64,000 nt of DNA from contig CM035353.1 of assembly GCA_020137815.1 (NCBI GenBank), forward strand, positions 2,976,001-3,040,000, given 5' to 3'. Positions 13,491 to 47,350 of this stretch are shown here, one piece after another. The notes below the pieces were generated by a model. It worked only from the letters and a program-made list of their open reading frames with translations. It was not told the origin of the DNA and ran no database searches. The translations under genes were made by a program, and so were the position numbers. Every line of letters starts with the position of its first letter. Positions within the stretch are counted from its first letter, which is position 1. This DNA comes from Hormiphora californensis. Lineage: Eukaryota; Animalia; Ctenophora.

Positions 13491-14230
13491 CACTTGACTT
13501 AACTTGAGCGGGTGGAATTCCCGAACGCCTTGAACAAGATTTCTACACGCATCACGTTCCTCCATCACTGAAGCTATCTCCTTCACGCCACCCAGACCCG
13601 TATCTTTCCGCAAAACGTCCACAAAGGTTTTCTCAGGTCTGCCACGTTTGGCTTGACCGTGGCCAAAGAAGAACTTTGTGGAGGGTTAGCTCAGACGTTG
13701 AGCATAACCGGCTAGACGTAGTCTGCGTTTTGCTATTTTCGTGCTGAGGATTGGTAGCCCTCCAATACCAGTGGCAACTCCGTATGATACTTGTTAAGCG
13801 CCGTTCTCAGCATCCGGGTGTATATGTTCCATTCAGGCTCTTCTCCATTTGTTTGGTGAGGACTGAGGGACCACGTTTCACAGCCATAGAGTAGGACTGT
13901 TTCGACGGTAGCTACAAACAACCCGCACTTTAGTTCGTCGTTCAGATCTGAGTTCCAGACTTTCTTCAATCCGTGGCAAGCAACCCATGCTTTGCTCTTC
14001 CGGTTCTTGGAATCTCTGATCCACGATCCAAGGTATTTGAAGTCATCTGCTCTTTTGATCGTGTGTCCATCACAGGTAAGGAGCGGCTCTGGATCAGGGA
14101 TGTTCTTCACTATGAGCTCCGTTTTGTTGTACGTTATACCTCACGTAGTATAACGCTTAACTCCTCAACTGAGTTTGCCAGCAGGGCCACGTCGTCCGCA
14201 AAGTCTATGTCAGTAATTCTAGATGCCCCA
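13491..14230 (-). mobile_element. RTE-clade non-LTR retrotransposon remnant (5'-truncated, frameshifted)
   Basis: Minus-strand ITDIDFADDVALL, FKYLGSWI, VETVLLYGCETW, KRRLRLAGYAQR and RGRPEKTFVDVLRKDTGL; short AAGT-like repeat tail near 13491-13506. Confidence 0.9.
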
Positions 14231-14569
14231 TAATAATCAGCGTAATAGTTTAAGTTGATAGCTATAATATGGGACAAACCTGTCTATGTAAAAGTCATCG
14301 CTCGACATCCGCGTTTCAACATCACCTGCATTTCATCATGTTCATGACGTCCGCTGAGTTGAAGAACAAACTGCTACCAACAAAATAGGAAATATAGATA
14401 TCCTCGATCTGGTTTGTAATCGGCTATACCTCAAATTAGGTTTATAGATCTGATATGAAAGCAAATACGAGTTCGGCCGTAAACAAGAAGTTGAGCGGTG
14501 GGTCCTTATCATTATTACAATTGGTCATTAGCCTAACGTAGAACATCCGGAGACATTACGGTGCGAGAG

Positions 14570-35023
<20,454 letters not shown>

Positions 35024-36152
35024 ATGCACTTGATTCTATAAAAGATTGGTTCAGACAAAAACGAACAAAAAAAAAAAACCAATTTGTGATTTAAGCCAAA
35101 CCCCAAGGGGGGTGGGGGTGGGGGGGGTGGGGGGGGGAAAAATTTTGGGGGGGGGTGGGGGGGTCGGCGGGTCTAGTACTTTGTTTTGTTTTAGTATTTT
35201 TAAAAAAAGGGGACACCGGGGGGGGGGGGGGCAATAGATCCGGGGGCCCCACACCCCCCCCCCACGAATTGTACGCCCCGGGGGAAAAGATAAAGGGACA
35301 GGGGGGGGGGGGGGAAAGGTAGGTTTTATACTGTTAAAAGATTTAACTTGCGCAAACACTACGGGAAAAACCCAAGTATGTGGCCGGGGGGGGGGAGAAA
35401 AGATAACAGCAGGGGAGGGGGGGGGAGGGGGGGAAACCACCCCCAGGGGGGGGGGAAAAATTGGGGGGGTGAAACCCAACCCGGGCCCCTAGTGATCGGT
35501 TTATATGCGGCTTGATGAAGAATTATGTTTCGGTATTCAAACCCGGGGGGGTTTTTACTCCGGGATGTTTGTGTATAACAATAATCATCAAGTTAACGTT
35601 GGGGAGGGTGTAAAAAGGGGGGCCCACAACCACCCCCCAGCAGGGGATTTTTTTATTTAAACGGGGGGCCAGGGGGGGGGGGGGGGGGGGGGGGGGGTGG
35701 GGGGACCCGATGAACCGGGGTTTTCGGGGGTTTTGGAACCCTAAAAAGTGCTTTTTATTTCCATTAGATTAAGTGTAAAAGGAAACAACCGGGAAAAAGG
35801 CGGGGTTGCGAAAAAAAAAGGCTTGAAAATTTTTGTTTCGATTAATAAAAACAAAATAAATATACAAAAAAACACAAAAAAACGAAAAAATACAATCTAA
35901 AAAACCAAAAAAAAACAAAAAAAAAACATCAAAAAAACCCAAACGGCGTGGGGGGACCACAAGAAAGGGGGGGGGGGGGACGGGGACGAGGGGGGGCGGG
36001 GCCACCAACCAAACCACCAGGGGGGTGTCCCAGGGGTATTTACTTTTTTTATAAAGGGGCCTAACATTAAGGGGGGGGGTTGAATGCTAATTTTTTATTA
36101 GAGTATTATAAGAAGGGGGTTTACGGGGGGTGGGGGGGGGCACGTGGGGGGG

Positions 36153-36190
<38 letters not shown>

Positions 36191-36870
36191 GGGGGGGGGA
36201 AAAAACAAACAAACTATGTATTATTATAATTCTAATGATTCTTAACCCAAGGGGGGGGGGGGGGGGGGGATTCATATGGTGGGGTAATATACACCGGGGG
36301 GCCGGGAGGGGTTTTGGACCCACACCGGCTGGGCTACCAAATCACACATAACCGGGGCAAGGGGGGCAAGAAAAAACAAAAATAAAAAACTAGGGGCTTC
36401 TTATCTTTTATTTATAGATAGCGGGGAAAAATTCAGAGAATAATTACCCAAAAAAAAAAGAAAACCAAAACAACCCAACCCGGGGGACTTATATTCCAAA
36501 AAAAAAGGGAGGGACCACATCAATTAACCGTAAAAGAAGAAACAAAATATGCACTATTGTCTTATAGTTTGAAAGCCATTTTGATTATTTTTTCCGGGGT
36601 TGGGGCGGTATTACTCAAAACTATGGTTTTATTTGTATTTTTTTTTTCTAAGATATTATTATGTCAGATCTTCGGAAACAAAAGCATGTTATCGATTGTT
36701 GGGGGGTTTTATATTAAATATTTTTAGATTATCAGTGGGCAATGCACTGGGCTGCACGCTTGTGGGGGAACCCCTGGACGCCCGGGTGCCGAAGGCCGGG
36801 ACGTGGCCACCGGCCAGGCCTTTTTCGTCGATCGCAGCATTGTACACTGTGCTTGGCCAGCGCTACTGAG

Positions 36871-36970
36871 NNNNNNNNNNNNNNNNNNNNNNNNNNNNNN
36901 NNNNNNNNNNNNNNNNNNNNNNNNNNNNNNNNNNNNNNNNNNNNNNNNNNNNNNNNNNNNNNNNNNNNNN
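36871..36970. other. Assembly gap (100 N)
   Basis: Run of 100 n. Confidence 1.
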
Positions 36971-37068
36971 AGAACGATATAATGACTCAAAAACAATTTC
37001 ACCTAAAGGTCTGCATTTCACCCTTACCTGAGCTGAGGTGATTTGTCAAGATCGTGTAATATACTTAC

Positions 37069-37413
37069 TCCTCGATATGTTCCTCCCCGTGGTAAGAGCT
37101 AGGTCGAGGTACTTTCCCGCTAAACTTGAGGCTCTTTGGCCGGACAGGAGAGACACTGATTGGTAGTCCCGGTGGAGGAGAGATCTGGTGTGCAGGGTGT
37201 GGCTCGACCTGCTGCAGCGCCGCAACATCCACGGCCACCGTGCTCTGCCGTCTGCTTGAGGATGGAGTGACATTGGTTGAGTTAGCGACCGTATATGACC
37301 GGGATGTGTTTGGTGAGGCGCTGCTGTACTGACTGAAGTAAGTTCGACGGGGTCCCTGCTGCCCTCTCCGGGCAGAGAAAATCTTACCAAACACCGCGAA
37401 CGACATACGTGAA
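37069..37413 (-). CDS. Exon of minus-strand multi-exon gene of unknown function (Ser/Pro-rich, probably disordered)
   Basis: Acceptor cctgcAG at 37414, donor GA|GTAAGT at 37068. 114 open codons (SRMSFAVFGKIF...HGEEHIE). Phase 2 matches the preceding exon. Confidence 0.6.
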
Positions 37414-37834
37414 CTGCAGGTTTTGGGGAATTGTGTTTATATTGGTGTGGTACGGAAGATATTTGTTATGATTGAAATCAAGTTTCAATTTGCCAAAAAA
37501 ATAAAACAAGGTCGACTGTGCAGTTCGCCGCGTGCCAATACATGTGACCAAGTTTTCAAGGGTTTGTCTGTTGGGGAATCAAATCAAATGTCTCAATGCC
37601 ATTGAAAATTGATTTACAAGAAGAGGGGTTGTTGTATGACTGTGCCAAATATTATCTCCCATGGCTGACCAGCCTATATAGAACTAAAGAAGCCTTTTAG
37701 TGAGATGTAAAAACTGAAGAATTTATGTTTACTATAAACTCTCATATATTGTTAGAATACTGTTTACTAGTAAACACTCTTACATAGTTATTAGTTAGAA
37801 CACTGTTTATATATTTAAGGGAGCGTCAGACTGT

Positions 37835-37885
37835 TAGATGCACAACAAAACAGTGACAGCGTGTTACTGTTCTGTTGTGCATCTA
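37835..37885. repeat. Short hairpin or MITE remnant
   Basis: tagatgcacaaca...cagtgaca gcg tgttactg...tgttgtgcatcta. Confidence 0.7.
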
Positions 37886-38827
37886 TTAATCGTGTTACTA
37901 ACACGATCTGTTTTGGTGGATCACTTATATAATATATTAACATATAATATATAATATATTAACATTGAAATCATACTGTTGGAATATTTTACAGAGAAAA
38001 CTAGAGTTCAATGAAACAATTATAGTTTCTCTCCGTTCGAAGCTGTGATCCAAAGATCACTTATACCGCGTGCACGCAGTAAGCCATGACTTAACTTTAT
38101 AGCCATTGACCGAAGAACTAGTTGACTGATCAGTTATAATGCGAATCAATATATAATTTGAGACGTGATTATTGTCGCATTAAGACCATACCGCCACCAA
38201 GGAATAAAGAGATGATTAAGAATGCGAAATATTCGCATTAATTCTGCATTTATAGGAATTATGTGAATACAAGCTGTAGACTAAAATATCAACACTGCTT
38301 TCATATTATCGGTCTCTTTGGATTATCTCTTTGGATTATCCGTTAGTTAATGAGTTTAACTACCGAAGCACAATAATACCGACCAATCACATAGCGGTAT
38401 TTCCACACAACTCCGTTAAATTATCCTACATTATCCTATACTATGTAGAAATGCGTGGCGTGATGAGTATGCAGTATCCATACGTGCAAACTGAGCAGCG
38501 ATAGGAGGGAGCTGGCAGGTGCATGATCGAATTTTTGGGCAATGTTCAGCTTTTTGGAAAGAACTCAATCTCCTCTTTCTAAAGAGCCAAAGATTTTTAA
38601 AACTGGTTGAGAAATGACAGAGTGATGGAGAAAAAACGTCTCAAAGTCATGCCAAAAAGGTGTTTTCGACTAAACAATCCCTCTGGAAGCCGCTGATTCA
38701 TGATCATCATAGGACTGTAATTAAACGGGCTTTCTAGTTAAAAGTTAAGATAAGATAAACAACTAAGAACAACTAGTAGATCTTATACAGACAGGTGTTA
38801 TCACCAATTATTTGCAAAACTTCTTCC

Positions 38828-39180
38828 ACTAGCGCACCCATTGGGTGCGCCTCAAGTAAGGGCCTTTTGATAACCCACCCGGCTTCGCCGTGTGGCTCAT
38901 TTCGCCACTTTCAACGTCAATAACACGGTTGCCATGGCAACTGAATTGGTAAACATGGTGACTGGCATGTTAAAAGTCATTCGAAAATATAAATTAACTT
39001 CCACTGGAAGTTCCAAAAGTGTGAATGACAGCTTTACAGCTTTGGTCACATAAAGTATTTTATGAAGGAGCACTGTCGCTTAGATACCGCCTAACGAACG
39101 ACTTCGACTTCGACGCGACATCTCCAAATAATAATAGAGATTACAGATCCAATATCAAAACTAACTAACAAACTTTTCTC
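38828..39180 (-). mobile_element. Possible non-autonomous Helitron-like element
   Basis: Minus-strand end gcgcacccaatgggtgcgCTAGt (hairpin plus CTAG), a second GC hairpin at ~38874-38896, and an (actaa)/(acaa) run near 39160. Boundaries uncertain. Confidence 0.35.
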
Positions 39181-39183
39181 ATG

Positions 39184-39367
39184 CAGTCGGACCCCGATTT
39201 AGTGGCATCCTCGGGGGAAAGGGTTTTGTCCACTAAATCGGGGTGTCCACTAAATCGGGGCCAAATAATGTTAATCTCCTATAGGGGAAAAAATCCTGCC
39301 ACTAAATCGGGGTGCCACTAAATCGGGGTGCCACTAAATCGGGGGCCACTAAATCGGGGTCCGACTG
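39184..39367. mobile_element. MITE with CAGTCGGACCCCGATTTAGTGG TIRs (Tc1/mariner/pogo-like)
   Basis: 22-bp perfect TIR, TA on the right flank, six ccactaaatcgggg sub-repeats (the last forming the right TIR). Confidence 0.85.
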
Positions 39368-39451
39368 TACCTTTTTGGAAATTAACCGGTTTAGGACGGT
39401 GTTTTTGCAAATATATTATAGACTTAATTATATATGAGCATGCAAGCTTAC

Positions 39452-39536
39452 ATTTGCGTGTATTTATGGCCTCCGTCTCCATTCCTCCGATGAGCTTCCA
39501 TGGAAAACCGCCTCTTTTTTGGTGGCATTTCAACTT
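39452..39536 (-). CDS. Exon of minus-strand unknown gene with NLS-like MPPKKRR
   Basis: ttgcAG|AA GTT GAA ATG CCA CCA AAA AAG AGG CGG ... CAA AT|GTAAGC; phase 1 to phase 2, compatible with both neighbours. Confidence 0.55.
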
Positions 39537-39589
39537 CTGCAACAACAAGAGGACACAGCTCGTAAAGGATCAGCTAAAAGTAAACTGAC

Positions 39590-39623
39590 CGGTAAACAAA
39601 AGATGCAGAGGAGGAAGTGTGGA
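39590..39623 (-). CDS. Small exon (STLPPLHLLFT) of the same gene
   Basis: cctAG|TCC...ACC G|GTCAGT; phase 0 to phase 1 bridges the flanking exons. Confidence 0.4.
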
Positions 39624-39680
39624 CTAGGTGTGTTTTCATGACAAAAGCTCCACCGGAACAACACACGCAACAGAGAGGAG

Positions 39681-39935
39681 GAGGAGATGAGGTAAAGAAT
39701 GTGAATATAGCGACTATTATAGAGGAGATGAGGTAAAGAATGTGAATATAGCGACTATTATAGAGGAGATGAGGTAAAGACTGTGAATATAGTGACTATA
39801 GATGAGGTAAAGACTGTGAATATATCGACTATAGATGAGGTAAAGAATGTGAATATAGCGACTATAGATGAGGTAAAGAATGTGAATATAGCGACTATTA
39901 TAGATGAGGTAAAGACTGTGAATATAGCGACTATA
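39681..39935. repeat. Intronic minisatellite, 7 units of 33-41 bp
   Basis: agatgaggtaaaga(a/c)tgtgaatatagcgactat repeated. Confidence 0.9.
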
Positions 39936-40505
39936 ATAACAGCAGTGTGAGCTACGCATGGGGTAAAACTTCTATAGAGTTGACCTGAATGCACGGCTAA
40001 GAGAAAGAGGAACTGAATGCATTGCCCCCTATAATAAGAGAACGAGGAACTGAATGCATTGCCACCTATAATAAGAGAAAGAGGAACTGAATGAAGAGGA
40101 CGGCACCCACAGACACAACAGGAATTAACAGGGGGAATGGGTCCAAAACAAACATTGTACCGGTATCCGAGCTTAGAGCTAGAATAATAACGTGTCATTA
40201 TAAAGGACATGCAGTGCCCATGTAAACTATTATATTCAGTAAAGAGAGATGATATACACATGAAAACTTTAAAGTTGTGCTTGCCATCTCACATGGCTAC
40301 TTCAGTTTAGCAAAACAATCAAAACAAGCGTGCCAGTTATTATAAAATTGAAACTTTCTCTACCTAGCCTAGTAATAGTACTGAAAAACCTCGCTATGAC
40401 ACCCAAAATATAATTATTTTGTTAGTAACAAAATTGTTACCATACAGTATTTTGTTCAAACCCTTTTTTATTGAGACAGGTTCGAGCAAGGCAAACTAAA
40501 CCTAC

Positions 40506-40603
40506 CTTTCGAGGTCGTCGTGATACTTTTTGCTTCCATAGCCGCGTGGGGGACCATGAGAGCTGGTTTGAGTTCGATACATCGAGGTCTTCATCTTCTG
40601 CAG
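40506..40603 (-). CDS. Exon (AEDEDLDVSNSNQLSWSPTRLWKQKVSRRPRK) of minus-strand unknown gene
   Basis: cttctAG|CT GCA ... AAG|GTAGG; phase 1 to phase 0. Confidence 0.5.
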
Positions 40604-41173
40604 CTAGAAGTATAACGAATACACATGTGAAAACAATCAAGCTGCAGTTACAGGTGTAAATCGTGAACCCAGACTTGCATGTATAATAGGTGGAGAATGC
40701 GACACAATTCATTTGAAGTTAAACAGAACAAGAGAGACACGAATGTGATATATAACACTTCAGAGCTTCTACAGAGTTAGTATATAGTGTGAAATCAGAG
40801 TAATATAGACTTGTTGAGTAAGGGGTTTAACATAAAATAGATAGACATTATAAAGTTTGTATCGGCAGGTGACTTCACCAGGCGGAGCACACGTCAACTA
40901 CTCATGAGGCCTCAACGAATTGGTGCCGATTCCCAATAATGATAAGCTGCATGTGCTATATATGGAAATAGAACAAATAGAACTGTATGTGCTACTAACG
41001 AGTAGGTAGCATGCTGCAGATAGAGCTGTGCTGTTTGGTCCATATAACTGATTATTTATTCATGGATTGGGGCGATTGTCTTGGTGTCAGGAACACGTGA
41101 AACAATACCATGCTCGAGCATCTTACTCTTCGACTCACGTTTATAGGGATGTGTAGCAGTCTCACGGCCTCCC

Positions 41174-41203
41174 TTGCACCTCCGGAGATCTCCGGAGGTG
41201 CAA
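41174..41203. repeat. Perfect 30-bp palindrome
   Basis: ttgcacctccggaga|tctccggaggtgcaa. Confidence 0.85.
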
Positions 41204-41526
41204 AGACGCCCCCAATCGCTGATCAGGGAAGTGAAACCACTGTGGAAGTATACATGCAGGGTGGTCCATAAACTATTATGATGCCGGGGAACAAGCCGAA
41301 GCTCCGAAAAGCGGAAAAGGTGATAGTTGTGGGAAAAACTACATGAAAATGCTGGAGAAACTCCTTAGTATATAAAAGCTGGTTATAGACCCGACAAAAT
41401 GAACTGTTATTCTGTACAGTACTGCTACTAGCTGAATGGAAAGCTATAATACTGAGATCACACTTTTCCATCGCTTTCGGTATATGTACAAGAGACAAAA
41501 AAAGGCAGTTATATATAGTACATAAC

Positions 41527-42146
41527 TCCCTCCCGCGCGGGCACTATTCAATAGACCAATCAAGCATGGGCTATTGGCTGTAAACACGGGTCCCAAAGGA
41601 AACCCCTGCGTTTTAGCCCCGTAAATCCCGGGCCCCGAGGGGTTTTTCAGGGATTTCTGCCGTAAGGGGGGAGTTTTGTTCTATAGACCCGCTGGCGGGC
41701 ACCTAGAAGAAAAACCCAAGCAAAAATTTAGGGGGTTTGACACAGAGAGAGCTCACACAAAAACGGGTCAAACAGTTAGAAATGAGCTACAGAGTGCCTC
41801 TCTACATTCCTACACACTCGTAACAATCGTTGTAACAGTTTTTAAAGCGTGGAATGCAGAGAGGGGATTAGTTTTAAATTTTGGGTCATGACAAAAGTTT
41901 CAACAACTGGCGGGCGCCAAATTTGACAGAGAGCGTTTTGTAGGTTGTACACACCCTCCCTCTTGAGTTAAACCAAGGGCATTTTAAACTGTTTTTTAGT
42001 GATTTCTTTTTGATCTTTACACAAAACTGGGCAGAGGGGGGTGCGTCTATCGAAAACACAAAATCACGGGGAGGCAAAGGCCCCCAAAAGACCCCGTTTC
42101 AAAAATTTTTTGAAACGCCCGTGCGTCTTTTGGGGCCGGCGGGGTC
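41527..42146. repeat. Dispersed ~600-bp repeat, copy 2
   Basis: Collinear with 10756-11350. Confidence 0.75.
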
Positions 42147-43313
42147 TTTTATCTCTGCACGTCCCTTTTAACCCTTTGGAAACAATGAATTTTGAAATAC
42201 ACAAAGTGTGGGGAAGGGGATTTTAGGCATTTTTCGGGAGGGTTGAAGGAGTGGGGAGAACATAAAACCCTTTTTTAAAGGGGGCATGACTTACTGAGTA
42301 CACAAAGGGTTTTTGCAGTTTTTACAACTTTTAACATTAAATTCTGGGGTTTTTTCCCGGCCCCTTTTTCAAGAAAAAATTTATTCCCCTTTTACCCCTA
42401 AAAGTAATTCAAAAATAGCCCGCTCGACTGAAATTTAAAGATATTATGTAAAATTATCAATTTTAACTAAACCCCAAAAACTGCAGAGTGCTCTAGCGGT
42501 AATTTGTGAGTTAAAGGCTATTTGGGGATTCTTTTCAAGGACCGTTTTACATTTTGGGCATTTAAACTTCTCTAACATTTCAAAACCCCTTTTTTCCCGA
42601 AAAAAACCCATCCCTCAATAACTATTTAAAAAGGTTTTTAAAGGGTTTAAATTTAAAATTTTCAACTATTACAAATTAGTAAAATTTACCCCCTCATCCC
42701 TTTCCTTAGATCCAATACCCTCCTCTCCCTCCTCCTCCTCTTGGACCTCCTCTAGGACGACCCTCCTAACTTTAGTCCCCAAGTCACCCCCATGACTCTG
42801 CTGGTTCCCGGTAATGATGGGCTAAACCCTTTCCCCGGGGTTAACCCCCCGGGGACGTTGGCCCTAGAAATTAAATTTTCGCAAAAAATTATTGATATCG
42901 GGAAAAAAATAATTTTTGAAAAAATTATTTTTAAACTAAAACCCTTTTAGGCCCCGGGGGGGGGAGGGTGAAAATCCACTGCACAGAGGGGCCTTCTGTT
43001 GGTCTGTTTGGGGTTAAACCCCCCTTTTCCTATCGTCTGACTTTCCCCTCAATGAAAAATTTAGAGAGAAATACTAATAAAACACGCTGCAAACTTTTGA
43101 GAAAAAAAAAACATTTTTCCCCTAGGGGCTAGCTTTTTCCCACGACCCCCCGGGGGGTTTTATGAATTATCATAAAATCCCCGCGTCCCCCAAAAACAAC
43201 ACTATAACAATGCAAAGGGCAAGAGGGTTCTCTGCGATATAAAGAAAGCTACTTTCGTTTTTAAAGAGGCGTAAGAGGAGAGGAAAAAGGAGAAAAATGA
43301 GGAAGAGAAAAGG

Positions 43314-43348
<35 letters not shown>

Positions 43349-43900
43349 AAGACAGAAGAGGGGAGAGGAGAAGGAGAGAGGGAGAGAGGAGAGAGAGAAT
43401 TTTGGGAACCGATATATAGCGAGAGATGGGTTTCTGTGAGTCCCTCGTTGAAAACACCCTTTTACGCACCAAAACAAAAATTTGTACGTTTGGGATAGAA
43501 AAAGGAAAAGAAAGGGGGAAGGGGGGAAAAAGGGGGGGGAAAAAAAAAACCCCCTTTTTGGGGAAAAAAATTTTTTTAGAAAGGAAAACCCAAATTTTTT
43601 AAAAGTTTTTATTTTGTTAAATTTATTTTTCTCCTTTGGGGGGGTTTTTTTTCCCTTTTTTCCCCTATAAAACTTAGGTTTTTGAGGAAACATATCATTC
43701 CACTAAAAATTCCCTATATGCGATCAATTTTTAAAACCCCAAAAAAACAAGGACTATTTCCCCACAAATTGGGAAAATATATAAAAAATATTCCCTTTAC
43801 GGGAGAAAAAAAACCCAGACGTAAAAGATCCAAAACCAAATCTTTGGTCCAAAAGCTTCGAAAAGGAACGAATTACACGCTAAAGTTGCGGTTACTTAAA

Positions 43901-44031
43901 CAATTATAGCGTCAAGTGTCTGGTTTTTTAGGTTGCCCTCCCCCTACATACTTTTTCCTCATCGAGATTCTCATAAAAATAAAGTATGTAGGGGGGGGGG
44001 AGGCACCTAAAAACCGGAGACGCTATAATTG
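43901..44031. mobile_element. MITE with long imperfect TIRs
   Basis: caattatagcgtc...ggtttttta...cccctacatacttt / aaagtatgtagggg...taaaaacc...gacgctataattg. Confidence 0.75.
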
Positions 44032-44530
44032 AGATGTTCTAGTAGAGATGTTCTAGTAGAGCTTCTAGTAGAGATGTTCTAGTAAAACGTCTATAGTAGG
44101 AAACAGTACTTCTGTGGTCTGTTGAAACTACGTTTAGACGATCTCTACAGTTTAAATATGCAGTAGCTATCTGTAATTAGCTTCACGACATAATGATAAT
44201 ATTATTTTCCAATAATAATATTATAATAATAATAATAATATTATCAATTGAATTGTCAAGATGCTTGGACACAATTAGTACCCCCTCTAATCTCCCTCCC
44301 CCATTCTCTTTCTTTTTTACTTTCAATCAAGCGTGGCGTCCCATCAATAATTCATGTTCGACTATCAAAGTAATATATGTAAGATATGAATTATAATTTA
44401 CAGTTATAACTTCACAAACAGACAACATGACAGACAACATGATAGACAAAATTAGTTTCCAAAATTGAATTCCACAAACTAAAGACTAAACTTTATGATT
44501 TGTATATTTCCAGTACATAATTCAACTCAC

Positions 44531-44633
44531 CCAGGATCTGCCGTCCACTTGTGGCTACCACTGTAACAGCCCCCTCCTCCCCGGTAGAAAGGATTTCCAC
44601 CGCCGCCGCCCTTTCCAGGAGCACCCCTGCCAC
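44531..44633 (-). CDS. Exon (VAGVLLERAAAVEILSTGEEGAVTVVATSGRQIL) of minus-strand unknown gene
   Basis: gatAG|GTG ... CTG G|GTGAGT; phase-1 end matches exon 40603. Confidence 0.45.
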
Positions 44634-44903
44634 CTATCACCACCATGATGGTATATAACCGCGGTCAGGAGAGGAGCACTGAAAAAGGGGGGGGAGGGGT
44701 GTCAGGAGAGAAGCACTGAAACAAGGGGGGTGTCAGGAGAGGAGCACTCATGCCACCAATCACCATCATGATGGTATATAACCGCGGTCAGGAGAGGAGC
44801 TCTGAAATGGGGGGTGTCAGGAGAGGAGCACTGAAAAGGGGGGGGGGGTGTCAGGAGAGGAGCACTAGAGGGGGAGGGGTGTCAGGATAAGGAGAATCAC
44901 TGA
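44626..44903. repeat. Irregular tandem repeat (gtcaggagaggagcactga) including a duplicate of the adjacent splice acceptor region
   Basis: Seven gtcagga... units; 44751-44800 repeats 44628-44677. Confidence 0.8.
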
Positions 44904-45678
44904 GACAAAGATTCGACAAAAATTCGACTACATAGCAACTAATAAACAAACAATTAGGATCTAATGAATCATGTTAGCTGGGATTAATATGGGCTACACA
45001 TTTACCTAAGGTTTGACCAGTTTTCACAGATTCTCCCCAGGCCACAAATATAAAGAGTTGAAAGTAGAAAAGTCAGCGGTTGTGGTATTTAGCTGAATTG
45101 TTCCAAATCGCAGTATACACACAAGATCCAAGCTTTTTGGGTTGATCGCGATTAGTATATCTACATTGTAAATTGTAAAGGAGAGAATTAACTCCGGTTT
45201 ACCGACTCTGTAGATCTCTGTATTCCTCAGGCATGCACATAATTTCCTTCCTTCTAAAAGGGAAATTAATTTGTCAAGTTCATATAATTCTGGAAAAAGT
45301 GGAGGGGTGGTCTAGTTTAAAAAAAACTATAATTATTTAACATTAGAAAACAACTGTCCTGTTGTGACAAGTAAAACAAGGATTTACGAAATCTAAAAAT
45401 GTTTCATGCAACTTTTAAAACTAACAAGAAAACAACTGTAGGTACTGAGTTTCGTGTTAAATGTACCCATGATCCCGCTGACTGGCACCATGGACCCCAT
45501 CTAGGAGAATCAAATCGGGGTCTGGTGCCGCCAGACATGGCGACCCCGCGGCTGAGCAACGAATCTAAATGTGGGAGAAACGGTTTTACTGCATATTAGA
45601 CAGTGCGTTAGCCCCATTTGCGTGACAACTCCGCTGCAAATCAAGGCTTAGGGAGAAAGATAGAGATAGAGAGAGTCA

Positions 45679-45742
<64 letters not shown>

Positions 45743-47350
45743 AATTAAAGAAAGAGAATGAAAGTTGCTCAAGACAAAGAAAGTGTGTCCTAATTTTGCT
45801 GCGAGCATAGTTTAGTAAAGAAGATGAATGCGACCTGATCCACGCATGTGCAATTAAATCGTATCTTTTCTAGCAAAGAGTTTTCAAATTAGAAATTATT
45901 AAACCAATCTCGAGGCATGTATATCAGAAAGTACCTACCTACAAGTATTTGTGTGCTGTCGAGTGTCGAATATTAGTATATACTGAGTTGGCACAATAGT
46001 ATTAGACTGCTAATGTTTAGAGTATACAATTATATGACCCAGCTTTACCTACACTAGTGACGTCACTGTATAATTATACAGTCAGACCCGATTTACCGGG
46101 ATTGTTGGGGGGTATATCGAGCCCCTATACCGGTAAAGATCGGGGTAGCACCAGGCCCTCCGAAACATACCACACGATCTATAATCATTAAATATAGTGG
46201 GTGTGTTGAAACTGATCATCAAAGTTTGGGACGACATGGTTCGACTGCACAAGAAAACTAGTTGCCTAGCTCGACCCTCTTTTCGCGAGCTCCGCCCCTC
46301 TTTTACAAATGTAAAGGAAGGGTTAGAACATAACAAACAATTATCTAGAGGAAAGATAGAAGGTAAATGATTATATGGAGAGCAAGAGCAGAAAGCATAC
46401 ACCTAGTGTACAATTGTAGACATTAAACAGACACAGCTTGAAGACAGCTATATCTTTCTCAAAAGTATAGATCGTTAGAATACTTATTGAAAGAGGAAAA
46501 GAGCCAAAATATACCAGCATATAATACTTTTCTTCCTCCTTTTTAATCGTAAAAAGAAACCTAGCGGCACAGGGTTAGGAAATCATATCGGGGCACGTAC
46601 TACTGAAGAATGTATCTGTTATTGCTCTTGGGTGAGGCTACTATAACGGGCATTGAACAATATGGTAATAACAAAAAGTACGCTTTTGTTAAACGGGATC
46701 TGCACCGGATTAGGCTCTCTCTCTCTCTCCTTTTGGAAAAGATGAAGCCTAGCACTGGAATACAATATGTGTGTAATGTACGTAGCGTATAGAAGCAGTT
46801 TATTAGATCATTGTTCCCAGGTGCACTCAGAGCGTCGACAGAACATTCGTATTTATTAAAGTAGGTCAGTATAATAATTGTACAGGAGAGAGAATGAGAG
46901 ATGAGGTAAGGGAGAGAAAGAGAGAAGAGGAAAAAAGAGAGGAAGAGAAAGTTTCCTACACGAAGGGCGAACAGGAAATGGATAACGATCATGTCAACTT
47001 CAAAACACGTGTATTTGCATCGCTATCAAACCTTCATATATCTAATAATCTCTCTCTGATCTCTTTCTGTCTTTCTCTATCTTGATCTCTTTCTCTCTGT
47101 GCCTCTCTCTCTCTCTCTGCTTCTCTCTCTCAGATACCTCATAATTCATATCTTCCTATATTTTCACCGGATGATCTCTTAAATTTATGCTGGTCATGTC
47201 GACGCCCATTAATTGACACGCCAATTAATAAAAGTCACAAAGTCACGCGAAATCACCATTATCCCTATCAGTGTAAGAAGCACCAAGAAAAGAGGTGCTC
47301 TGCAGCTTTGAGTGTTTTGTAGCAAAGCAAGTTTTAGGGTGCCTGCAAGC

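Noticed and set aside
36994-37032. 5-nt micro-exon followed by a 25-nt intron
   Set aside because: Intron implausibly short; a read-through exon fits equally well and the adjacent gap prevents resolution.
39681-39935. CRISPR-like or coding repeat
   Set aside because: Head-to-tail minisatellite without spacers; overlapping ORFs are repeat translations.
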